In this document: piece after piece, positions 32,932 to 64,000 of the stretch
Numbering within the stretch: the stretch's first letter is position 1
How the letters are laid out: each line of letters opens with the position of its first letter
Assembly (NCBI GenBank): GCA_964035545.1
Contig: OZ037771.1
Location: 4,661,628 to 4,725,627 of the forward strand
Direction of reading: 5' to 3'
Origin: Bugula neritina
Lineage: Eukaryota > Animalia > Bryozoa
Length of the DNA stretch: 64,000 nt
Translations under genes and position numbers: made by a program
The notes under the pieces: generated by a model
Database searches by the model: none
What the model was told of the DNA's origin: nothing
What the model saw: the letters and a program-made list of their open reading frames with translations, nothing else

Positions 32932-35900
32932 AATTATTTCAAAGAAAATGCAAATTCATTGACTATAACTAGATTATAGCTATAGAGGTAAATAAGTAAC
33001 TGCAGTAAATAGCAAGTCGAATGATCAAGAACTCTTGTGTATATAATACACCTCCTCACTATAAAGCAGCCACAATAATGTGTACCATTCTAACACACAA
33101 GTACAAAGACAGCTTTCTAGCAGTTATTAGTCTTTTCTTCTTTAGGCAATGTATGATAAATATAACAGTCTTATGCTGCTATAGATCTATTATGAATTTT
33201 TTTCTTTTCCTGCAGTTGTCCTGGTAATGTTTTGATCCTGATGGCAATTCATGTTATTGTATAAGCATCAAGCATTCTTGTACACTAAGATATCTTTTGC
33301 TATTGGAACTTGAAATAAAGCTAAAAGCTGGTCTGACCAAAATTTTTCTTTACTGATAGTTCATTCCATAACTTATTTCTTATGTATCTATGACACTGCA
33401 GAGATGCATTATGTGATAATTTATTGTGCGCCAAGTTTCCTTAGCAATATAAAATATAATATATACTTTACTCACAGCTATTGAGTGAAAACAAAGTGGT
33501 GGCAATAGCTACTAGAATATGCCAGTGGGGATGGTGTTTTTGGCAGTTTTTTAAGCTAAAAGTTTGAAAACTAACAAATGTATTTACCTAAAAACTTGAC
33601 AGATAAGCTAAGGGAAGGCTTCTGTAAACAGTTTTAAGTTTTTTTTAAATTAATACCTTGGTGTTCAGAAATCTGCAGAATCCACCACAAAGAACATAGT
33701 TTTAGTGCAAGCTAAATAGTTCTTTTTGATTAAAAGTTTTTTTCTGAATGATAACGACTGCAACAAACAGCAGTATGCAAAGATAGTTTTAACTTTTATT
33801 TCTTATTTTAAAAGACGTGCAAGTAAGTTTCTTTAATTCTGACCACATTGCACAACAGCAGTTGAACTGCTGTTTATTAATTGTGTTTTTTTAAATGTTC
33901 ACTACCTATGCAACTACTGCTATGGTTTACGTTGTTGCTATAAAGAAAGTTGACAAAAGTATAAAAATAAAAAGCAGAGCTAAGTCAACTTAAATAAATA
34001 AATCTGCAAGTTTTCTTTATAGAGAACTATACATTAGTGTTTACTGTAAGTTTTTACATGTGCGTCATTTTATTAATACATTTGCACTTGGCTTACACTG
34101 GGTTTACACTCTACTCCTCTACACCAGTTTGTCAAATTTACTTTTGCAATATAACTTAACCTGTATTGATTTTTACCAAGTGACCGCATACTTGATAGCT
34201 AGAACGGTGCTTTAAGCGCAACTTGGCCGCAAAAAGAATAGCACAACAAACAAAATTCAAACGTCTCACAATATTCTTATTTTGATTACTTGAATAATAA
34301 AGTTTACCTCTTTCCTCAGTTATATATTTGACCTGTCCTGTTCAGGTTTAGAACAAGACATCTAAAGTCGTGTTGTTAGTATAGTGAGATATATAGGAAG
34401 CCTGTTTAAAAGACCCTCCTTAGTCTTCACCATTAAGGGTTCTCACAGGAATAAAGAATGGGAGCTTTGAAAAAAAGTTGAGTTTCTTTTACAATCTGTA
34501 TAATCTAAGCTGCTGTAAAAAGCAAAAAGTCATTCAAGCACTAGAGAAATTTTAGTCAAACAAATAAATGCATGGTTGAAAAAAGTAATTAGTGAAAACT
34601 AAGTAAATCATGAATAAGAACTATGATACGGCTATACACAGCACTTTTATTTTCAAAGCTCTTTAATTTTAATACACAGAAACTAATTTATAATACTCCA
34701 TCATTCTATTGTATTTTGATTGTCTTCTATAACTTTAATTCTTGACATAGTATATTCAAAAGTGACAGGTGAAAAAAATTAGTCAACGGCCGACATTACT
34801 ACTATTATATACATATACTAGAAAATCTTAAATTTGTGTTAAAAGAATGTTAGTTGACTCTGATTTCATTTTGTAAGTCGCTATGTAAAGCTATCAAAAA
34901 AGATATATAAACTGCAAGCTTTGCCATATTTGGTATTATTATATGTAATGTAGGTTGCATAGAGAACATCACAAATGTCTTGCTTAAAAACTCAATTTTC
35001 TTTTTGTTATGAGGTTCTATTATCACATTCAGTTGTTAATGCATTTTTCAATTTTAAATTTTTTGATGAAATTTAATATCATAAATGGTTACTTTTGAAA
35101 AAGTTTTGCAAAATGCTTCTTCAGCTAGTTCTGCAATGAGGCAAAACTTGTAACACATTTCTACATATAAATAGAGCTCTAATCAAGCCTTAAAATTCAA
35201 TTTGTGTTTTTTAAACTGTTTTATATCTATAATGTAAGAGTGTGCATGTTTGTGAAAACATCAGTAATAAACATAATGTTTTCTGTGGCAAATAAAAGGC
35301 ATATTTTTGGAAAAATTGTCTTAGTGATAATAACTTAAGAATGCCATCGCAGTAATTGAATTGTAGTGACAAGTTAAATAAATAATTGCTGACTTATGAA
35401 ACACACAAATAACTATTAAATCTACTGAACATGTCTCCAGTGCCTCCTTGCCTTCCTCGGCTGTAAAAAAAGTGGTTAGTTATACTCAATTGCTAATACC
35501 AAGTTTATTTCCAAAAAGAAAAGTTTGTTTTAACTAGCTCATAAAAAAAATTAAACCGCAGGTAAGTAGTAAATTCTCACGCATTTATCACACCAAATTT
35601 ATCAAGATTATGTCTAATTTGGCAATGCACATGTACTATATTCTATATTATATAATCATACAGTAGTTTATTAGTTAACACTATTTGTTTATACTGCAAT
35701 CTACAGTCAAACACCTCATACCAGCACAAACAATATGTAACTATAAAGTTTCTTTAATATCAACATAGTGATTGTATGTATATATATACACTTACAATAA
35801 CTAAATGAAGTGTTACAAGGTATTGAAATGCCAAAGTGCCAGTCAGTTATAACAGGAATGTATAATAAAATTAATTGGATAAAAGCTTCAAAATAGAAAT

Positions 35901-36167
35901 AAGAGTATTTTCTATGAGAATGGTGCATGAGGTAACAACTTACAAAATTAGTTTTGCAAAAACTTATTATAGCCTCAGCAAATTTATGTAATATTTATAT
36001 AATGTTATACCAATCTTACGTAAATGCATTATTTCCTAAGAAAATATTAATATAATATTAATAAATTTCAATGCAAAAAGTTAATATGTTTTATTTCTAA
36101 GCAGTTTTCTATGTCTCAGCAGCATTATAATGTAAATTATATTTATTTCTATAATTGCCTTTTATAG

Positions 36168-36230
36168 CTGATAAAAATGTCTGCATATTTAATATGAATG
36201 AAGATATCTGAACAACCTCTGAAACTGAAG
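36168..36230 (+). pseudogene. Orphan copy of the terminal coding exon (exon 11) with a premature stop
   Basis: After acceptor ttttatag it reads LIKMSAYLI*MKISEQPLKL, versus LITMSTYLIWMKISGQPLRPE in paralog 4; the Trp codon TGG has become TGA. No other exons seen nearby. Confidence 0.8.
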
Positions 36231-37155
36231 TCAACTGGCTGTCACAAAAAAGCTAAGAAATTTTATTGGCATCTAGGAGAATGCTGTTATACTCATAGAC
36301 AATATTTAATACTATACTTATTGTTTTGCATTGTTTGTAGCTATTAAACCTGCCAGAATTTTATCTAAACAAAAAGAACAAAATGCTAAACTCAACATTT
36401 TGGCTTCTACTGTATCTAAAACTAACTTTTGCGCTTAATGATAGAGTATAATATAATAAAATAGGTGTTATGAAGCAGCTACCTGTATACATTCTTATAA
36501 GATTGATTCAAGGTTGGAGTGAAAATGTGATCATAAAAGCAATTAAAATAAGTTAGTGTGCGCTAAAGCAACTGATGGTGTGGTATAATATTTAAATTTG
36601 GAATTACCTTTCCAATTTGTTTGATGTAAAACAGTTTGTAAAACATGACTCCTAGAGTTACAATTGAGCTCTCTGGTATGAGTTTACACATCTTATGGTT
36701 GAGGTTTCATCTGATGCAACTGCTTCCAAACCTTTATGAAAAATCTATTTGCTTTGGAATCATATTTATATTTTCAGCTTTTAATTCACTTTTTATAATA
36801 ACCTTTTTTGACCTTATATGACTTACGTCAAGTCACATGACTACTGTGCTGGTATCAATTGTAAATTTAATTCACTCATAAAAGGTGCTTCAACCTGTAC
36901 AAAGATAGATAAAAACTTGCTTGCTATGTTGGCAAATAACTCATTTTGTTATATAAAACAAACATTAATTGAGCACAACAAATAAATTTTGTCAAAAAGA
37001 AACAATCTTCCGGATTCGTTACCAATTAAGGCTAATTCACGCACTCATGCATTGCAGCTAACTATATTAGCTTGGAATGCTATTAATGTTAACAAAAATT
37101 ACTGAAATTTGCTGTTATGGCATAAGGTACGGCAAAGTGTGAATGAGGGGTATAT

Positions 37156-37580
37156 TGTAGTGGAAATCTACGACAAATATATGTATTACATTAGAGTTAT
37201 CTTTCCTGCATCTTATTTTTTAGTTTATTTTTAACATTTAATGCAATGCGATTATGTAATTTGGTCCTGTGCAAAAACCGGCACAATTAGTGCCAATTGT
37301 CGGGCACCGACATCGGACCAAAGTACCCATTGTTGGAAGGTGCTGATATTCGGGCTCCGACTTTCGGACAGGATGAGAACAAAGATTTTTTCTTGTAAAA
37401 AAGGAGGTGAGTTCGCAGTGAAGAATCAGTCTACTAATGAAGCCGAATCAAGACTACTTTTACCGGCTATATATACTACAATAAAGATTCATCTACTCAA
37501 GCTAGCTACCTCATCTTGTTCTTTCTATACTAAAGTTAGGCTCCCAACTTAAACTGCATTCTGCCCACAAAACTACTACA
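37156..37580 (+). mobile_element. Solo LTR related to the Gypsy LTR at ~59646-60077
   Basis: TGTAGT...ACTACA termini; shares aaaag(g/t)agg(t/c)gagtt..cagtg.aga.tcagtctac.aat.aagc and catcttgttct...tgcattc..cccacaa..tactaca with the Gypsy LTR; 5' boundary and TSD are imperfect. Confidence 0.75.
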
Positions 37581-39118
37581 GTATTTTTCAGGAATACCAT
37601 TACTGCTAACTGCTAATCACAGTGACAAGCTGTTTGTGAATAATTGCTCTATTAAATAAATGAGATATATAATTACAAAATTCAGTCACCCACATCTTCA
37701 CACCTGCACAACCTCACAAAGTAGTTACTATTTTAAATCCTCTGTACAAAGCCTAGCAAAATGATAGGAAAGCAGGTTTTGTAGGTTCCTTACTTATAAT
37801 TCATTATTCACAATTTTATTTTAAGTTCATTTTCGAGATGTCCATTTGTCAATTTTCAAAGTGTGCTTTCCAAGATGACACATTCCAATGATCATATATG
37901 TCACGCATCATGGTGATTTGAGTCTTGCATATCGAATGCACGTGCATGGGTATATTAAGAACTTTTTGCTATTGTTTTATTTTTTTGAATTCAATTATGG
38001 TCATGTATAAATACACATTTGAGTTTTCTAAATTCTATACATTTGTAAGAAATAGAAAATATATAAATATCGACATTTCACAACGTTATAGCTATTATTG
38101 CAGTTATAGATCATAATGCGAAAAACAGGTAATTATAAATAATATAATTACACCTGCATGAAAATATACCTTTAAATTTGTGAAACTTATAAACTGCGGC
38201 GTGATATTTCTAGCACGTATACAGCAGGTGCTTTCATCAAAAATTCAGTAAATTGTTGGCTTTGATGGATGCCATTTGGGAAAAGATTTTTGTAATATGA
38301 GTCTCCTATATGTATGAAGTTATGCATGTATCCTAATGTGACGTTTAATCTCCCTGCGATTATAGAGGGTTCTCTTTGCATCAGCCATTTGAAGCATTTA
38401 AACCTTTTGACCGAGCTCCTGCTATTTTGTGTGGGTTCCAGATGAGTGAAGTTCATGCTTATATGAGTATCAATAAATCAGTATGTCATGTGACTGTTTG
38501 AAACAAGGAGTGTTAACCTGACTCCCTGACTTCAGTAGATAGTTTCTATAACTTCATTTAATGCCACTGCCTTAACAAAGAAGAAAGGGATTGTAAAGCA
38601 TTATAGTGCTGGGTATCATTGAAAGGCAGTAAGTAGTTTTAATCAAAATCTATCTTCCTTGTGTTGTCAGTTACATAAAATATGTAGTTGAAATAGAAAT
38701 TCCTAGTGGTAAGCTGCAAGCTCACATATTTTGCTCTTTATTGCTGTGAAAATCGTTATACAAGATTTGCTGGATTTGACAACCGTTGTTTTCTTGTGAC
38801 TAATTAGTTACTTTATTGTATACATAAGCTTGTATTATCTTGCAAAACAAGTAGAAAGATGAGTCATAGTTTAAAACTGACCATAATAAGTTTTGAAGTA
38901 TATGCATCAACTGTAGTTGAATTATGTTTCTGTATAAAAAGAGGTATGTCTGATTCTATAAAAAGGGCTCTCTGGTGAGCAATTTGCACAACAAAATACA
39001 TTTTATCAGTATAGGAGAACGCAAAACTAAATCACACATTTAATTAAACCAGCTTTGTATTCATGTTTGCTTTTATTTAAATGTTAACATTTTCTTAAAC
39101 ATCTAGAATTTTGAAATA

Positions 39119-47921
<8,803 letters not shown>

Positions 47922-48046
47922 CAAGAATTGCTAAGACTCAGAGAATCTAGAACATATTTAGTGGCAGCAATGCTGTATTTATAGCTATAAATATATTTCA
48001 ATTGCATTTATTGTATTGTTTTATTTGTGTTATAAAATCACCTGTA

Positions 48047-48295
<249 letters not shown>

Positions 48296-49335
48296 ATGGG
48301 TGCGTGCTTGTGGGTGTATTTTCAATCACAATCTTTAAAATTCATTCAGTGTCCTCTACATCACTTTTTCTGTATCCTAAATTAAAATCTGAAATTGGTC
48401 ACTCGCAGTAAAATATTGAACCTATGTTTATAAAATAAAAATACCACTTGTTTATTATAATGAACGTTTTATAATATTGTATATAGCGATAGGGGTACTG
48501 CGGTACCTTTCCAATTACAATAAAAGAAGACAACCTACTTTTAATGCTTCTACTCATGTACACCCTTGAACAGGTCAAGCTTTTTCTTATTGAGCCATGA
48601 ATAGGCATATAATCCATGGTGGACATCTAACATTCATATATTTTTAATTTGAAATACCGAGATAAAAAAGCAAATTAATGCTTATAGAATTCAAATAATG
48701 CAAGTATGTAAATCTGCATTGATGACATTAACTCTTCATATTTCAGTACTGACTGTTAAGTTTAAACTATTTTTACAATCTAAAGACTAAAGACTGTATT
48801 TCAATATCTCAGATAGAAATTTGATGTGATCATAATCACCTATACAAAGCTCACATTATTACACTTGCTTTATTTAACAAATATAATGTGTGCATGAAGG
48901 GTGGCAATGAGCCTGAGTCAATCAGACACAGTGCATAATGAATCTAATATGTAAGGAACACAGTCTATAAGCTAAATATAACAGTCATCATACCATAGAC
49001 TGTGGTCACACCAGTAGAGGCTTGTTTCTTGGAATTCTCTCACTCATGGCTGCGATAGCGTGTCTTATTCTCTTGACTTCTAGAAACTATTATGATACTA
49101 AGGCTACCCTACTCATACACATATATCAAATGGTCTTATATCTTACCATAACAGTGTTAACAGTTAAGGCTTTACTAAACTGAAGGTACTGGACTATTGG
49201 CTGTAAAATTAGTCAACTAAAAAATATTCTAGTATCAGTGTGTGCCGCATTCATTATATCTCATAATATAGTTTGTATTGTGTCTGGTAATATATATATA
49301 TGTGTGCGTGCAAGCATGTGTGCGTGTGTGTGTGT

Positions 49336-50255
49336 GTGTTGCATCTCAGCAGAGGCGTGAAATGAAACTTAAAGAAAGACTACTTGATCTGATTGCTTAT
49401 GTACATATAAAGTAATGAGAAAATACACATAATTGGAAAGATATGAACATTAAGTTCCCACTTTTAAAAAGGCATTATAGTAAGACTTTTAGAAACATTA
49501 AAGAGATGTCACTAGTTTATTTATGACTATAGAAAAATCATGGCTGTATTATCTCCAACATAATCAAGGAAACAATAACTCTTGGTATACTTCCAGAAAC
49601 ACAGTGTTTGTTTCGCAAAAGCAGAAGCATAATTACAACAGCATTTAGCTTGCCTCAAACCCAAATGAAATGTGTGGAACATGGAGCTATAATATATACT
49701 CTATTCATAGACTTGACAAAAGTCTTTGATACAGTATTGAAATGGCCTTTGGAGTGAACGAATTGAAGAAGTTCTGTTATTCTGAAAAAAAAGCAACCTG
49801 ATCAAATCCGTTTATATAAGAGTGCAAGCCAAAATGGTGCAAGGCAGAGACACATCAATTAAGTTTGCCGCAACTATAAATGGTGTCAAACATGGATGCG
49901 TTATTGCACCCACACTATTCCATTATACCTCACCGCTAAGCTAAAAGTTAAAGATGTACAGAAAGAGATTTATATTTAAATTAGCTAGACATGAGATGAT
50001 CTTTTGTACGTGGCTCACTTCAACTCCAAAACTCACACTAGCAAACACATAGTTAAAGATGCTGTTTATGCAGAAAACAGTTCTTTCGTGGCTTTTGGTG
50101 TCATACAAGCATGTGATAGTGAAAAAATTTACTAAAAAAAGCAACAGCTCGTTTTAGCCTCAAAATCAACAGTAAAAAGACGGGATGCATGCACTATAAA
50201 AGTTTATCCAAAGTTATCATGGTATTATAGATATCAAGAAACACTGCAAAAACAG
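49336..50255 (+). mobile_element. Decayed RTE RT fragment, inverted copy of ~42515-43430
   Basis: Aligns by eye at high identity to the reverse complement of 42515-43430 (e.g. cttaaagaaagactacttgatc.gattgcttatgtacatataaagtaatgaga); encodes FIDLTKVFDTV and NGVKHGCVIAPTLF remnants. Confidence 0.85.
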
Positions 50256-50435
50256 TGTTTGATAAGCAGTTTTGTTTCTATGCTGTATCAATTTATTAAA
50301 AGTTTTTATGAAGTTTTCACTTCACGTTCTGCCAGTTGAGTAAATTGTTAGGAGAGAGAGGCTCACAGGTTGTATTTCCTCTTTATCTTATTATGTAGCA
50401 GTTCACCTTTTCTTATATAACAAACCAAACAACTA

Positions 50436-50755
50436 TTACCAACCCTTACCAACCGTTACCAACCCTTACCAACCTTTACCAACCGTTACCAACCCTTACC
50501 AACCGCTACCAACCCTTACCAACCGTTACCAACCCTTACCAACCCTTACCAACCCTTACCAACCCTTACCAACCTTTACCAACCGTTACCAACCCTTACC
50601 AACCCTTACCAACCCTTACCAACCCTTACCAACCCTAACCAACCCTTACCAACCCTTACCAACCCTTACCAACCCTTACCAAGCCTTACCAACCCTTACC
50701 AACCCTTACCAACCCTTACCAACCCTTACCAACCCTTACCAACCCTTACCAACCG
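50436..50755. repeat. 10-bp satellite (TTACCAACCC)n, ~32 copies, telomere-like (GGGTTGGTAA on minus)
   Basis: Direct reading; highly homogeneous units. Confidence 0.95.
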
Positions 50756-51316
50756 TGAAACCTATAAAGCAATGTCAACTGTAATATAATAAATGATCAA
50801 CTGATAGCAATACAAAACATAACACAAAGAATTATATTATTGCTCATTGAAACTACAACACTATAAATTATCAACAACAAAAAACACAAAAAAAACTTGA
50901 ATATAGAATAGCGTATATAGAGTACAAAATAGCTACTTTGTGGTTGTGTCCCTAGTAAGATACTGACTACTAAATTTCATCTACTTGCTTGCTATAAATA
51001 ACTATAAACAGCTATAATAGCTATAATAGCTAATAGTAACTAGCTATACAGCTGAGTCATGCTAGCTTTGAAATTCAGTTAGTAACCAAAACCAGTGGCC
51101 AAACAGGCACAAACCCGAGCCCAGGTGAAGTGCAGTCCCCAAGCCCAGTCTAGTGCAAGAAAAACTTTACACTCCCAGCTAAATTTTCTGAAATTACCTA
51201 TAGCATATTGGCATATCATCCAGTCATCCAGCTATATTAATAGTAGTATACTAAGTATAAGTTCGTCTGTGTGTGATGCTAAATGAGAGTTTCGTGAGTC
51301 TTTTTTAGGCTGTTAT

Positions 51317-51660
51317 CCGATATTTCCATTTGAGCCATTCCGTGGGCTTGTCCATGAGTACCAGATTCTGGTTAGGATTATTTAGTCTTTTCTAATGTGT
51401 AAATGATCTCATCTCACATGTACGATGAGTTAAAAAATCAGCAAACTTGTGCAAACCATGGTTGTCACGAGGTGAACTTCTTAGCCAATCACTTAGTTTT
51501 TTTTAATTGTCTTGGGGAGGCTGCTTTCTTTCCGTATCGTTGTTTGAGATACTTCTTTTTAGCTTCATAATCTTCAACATTATTGCTTGTTAAGGAACCA
51601 TTGATGCATTTTCTAGCTTCACCACCTACATACTTTTTCAGCAAACGGGGTTGTCTCATG
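51317..51660 (-). mobile_element. BEL/Pao LTR-retrotransposon gag relic (DUF1759-like)
   Basis: Hand translation LLKKYVGGEARKCING...EDYEAKKKYLKQRYG...*KKLSDW...GLHKFADFL...*KRLNNPNQNLVLMDKPTEWLKWKYR, with two stops; not in the ORF track. Confidence 0.7.
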
Positions 51661-52871
51661 CCTGTTATATTCTTTGGCTTTAGTTTTCCAGTCTTAAAAC
51701 TTTATGATATCCTCATTTAACATTGACGGCTTTGCATCTGAACGCTTAATTTGCTTCATTGGAGATAGTAGCCAACTGCGTTGATAATTTTTTGCTAACT
51801 TCGACTGCATATTATTTTCAATCACCAAAAGTTCGATTATATAAATGCATCGTCAACATCACTATGACTTAAAGCACTCATGCTAGTATGAATATGTCAA
51901 AGTCTGGGTCTGATTGTTGGCTCAGAACCTTTTATGGTTTCTCATTCATCGCAGTTACATCAGCTTAAGAATTGATTCATTATAATGTAGTCGCATGATT
52001 ATTGATAAGAACTTCACAGGTCAAGACTCAACAGTTTGAACAGAAATAATTACTTTCTTTACAGAACCAAAAACATTTTAAGCTACGTTTGAAAAACCTC
52101 AGAAACTTAAAATTGATATTAGTTCATCATTAGTGTACTAGCTGCTGCGTGCTATATCATTGTTTTAGAGGAACAATATACCCCCTCGGCCCCTGGTCAC
52201 CCTTGTGCTGCATATAGCTCTAAATATCATGGACAGGACTTCCACATAGTGATGAGGGTTCTACACACGATTGACAGTTGATAGATTCTGGTTCCCTTAC
52301 TTCGAACTTTTGTTAAACCCATTAGTGCTGCATACAGCTTTGACTTCAACTAAACTGTTTGTACATGCAGTAGTTTTTATGCAGCTGTATTTCTTTTTTT
52401 AATTAAATTGGCTAAAACTTAATCATATATCGTTTGATTATTGTTATTGTAAAACATTGTAGCAAATTTGTGTATTTCTGTTTTGAAATCTCAAACATTT
52501 TGAAAGTTTATGCAGTTCACCAATATATATCATTGCTATCACTTTTTTCAACTTTTTGCTTTTAAAATAACATGAATCATTTCTATTTATATTTCAGTCA
52601 ATATATGGCTATAAATTTGCAGCAAAAATTCTAACTTTTGATAAGTGTTCTTGGTGTTCATACAGTTTTGATTGAAACTTTTACAAATTTTTTTTAATAA
52701 TTTTGACTATTTGCCTAGTTATGTAATAAATACATAATTTATTTTAAAAAAAAAATGCTTTCATAGTTTTCTTTTTGGGTAATATACAGTATACATGGTA
52801 TCCAAACTAAGCTAAAAATTACACAGAATAATCTTTCTTTGAATTGGAAAGCATTTCATGCATAATATTTC

Positions 52872-52998
52872 TAAAAGCAGCTCCGAGTTGGGGGTAAACG
52901 ATGAATTTAGGGGGGCTCCAAGTTTTGAGTTATTTCCTCACCAAAACTAAAGACCCCAAAATAAAATCCTCTGTTGCCCCCAACTCAGAGCTGTTTAT
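52872..52998. repeat. ~125-bp foldback (small MITE-like hairpin) ~330 bp upstream of the paralog 5 ATG
   Basis: cagctccgagttggggg...cccccaactcagagctg plus inner ggggg/cccc and gttttg/caaaac pairings. Confidence 0.7.
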
Positions 52999-53330
52999 AA
53001 AACACTACCTTATGCAATGGGTAACATTTTAATTTTATAGATTCAGGAAACCACTTTCCTAGAAAGACATTGTCTTTCGTTGTCAATAAATCATATAGAG
53101 GCCTATATTATAATATATCTTAGCTAGCTGACCACAGAAAGTCTATGCTACGTACCCTTTGATTATGCACATAGCCTCAAAAACATAATGAATAATTTTC
53201 CCGTTGACATTAATTCCTATGATTAGTGAGTGAAAAGAATTTCATGGCTGCTTGCACACTCCTTAAGGCAATCAAGCAGCTCGGTATGTAGGTTATTACT
53301 ATTACTAGTTTCTGTGTCAGTCCTGTTAAT

Positions 53331-63680
<10,350 letters not shown>

Positions 63681-64000
63681 GTAAGACATCATAACATTTA
63701 TGTCTTTAGATGTGTTTGAGTTATATTTTTGAGACAATGATGGCATCATCTTAGCAAACCTTTAATTCTATTGCCTAAAGTGCATAGCACTGTGTGCATT
63801 GTGCATTAGTTTGTATTTAATTATAGGTTACAAATTGTAAAAGCTATTACAATGTTTTTCTTTATAATATGTTGATGATATTTTTTTTAAATAATGATAA
63901 ATTATATTAATAACAACATATAATTTGTCTATTTTTAAATTATGTTGATGGGTGATTGTCATCATGTTTGGTAAACAGAGTCAAACAAAGTTTTGGTTGA

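Overview
AT-rich, intron-rich eukaryotic (invertebrate-like; species not identifiable from the sequence) DNA. It is dominated by a tandem cluster of five paralogous 11-exon MFS transporter genes resembling SLC18B1 (vesicular polyamine/amine transporter family). Paralog 1 is on the minus strand (9876->2626), head-to-head with paralogs 2-5 on the plus strand (10988-21851, 25953-32931, 39119-47921, and 53331->63680 running off the window). An orphan, stop-containing copy of the last exon lies at ~36168. Hand-splicing at GT-AG sites gave open frames for paralogs 1-4 (472, 453, 452 and 447 aa). Introns and spacers hold decayed mobile DNA: a Gypsy LTR element and a related solo LTR, a BEL/Pao gag relic, RTE LINE pieces, a Penelope-like GIY-YIG fragment, tRNA-derived SINEs, several MITEs and many microsatellites. 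The most notable signal is non-coding: six hammerhead-ribozyme motifs embedded in or next to (TA)n tracts. They include a 272-nt retrozyme-like unit bracketed by two hammerheads and a ~200-bp palindrome of two back-to-back hammerheads. Every intact ribozyme is antisense to the host gene. Also notable: minisatellites built from the exon-3 splice donor in four paralogs, an acidic dileucine sorting motif conserved in otherwise unalignable N-termini, and exon-by-exon mosaic similarity suggesting gene conversion. All coordinates, alignments and folds were done by eye and need computational confirmation.
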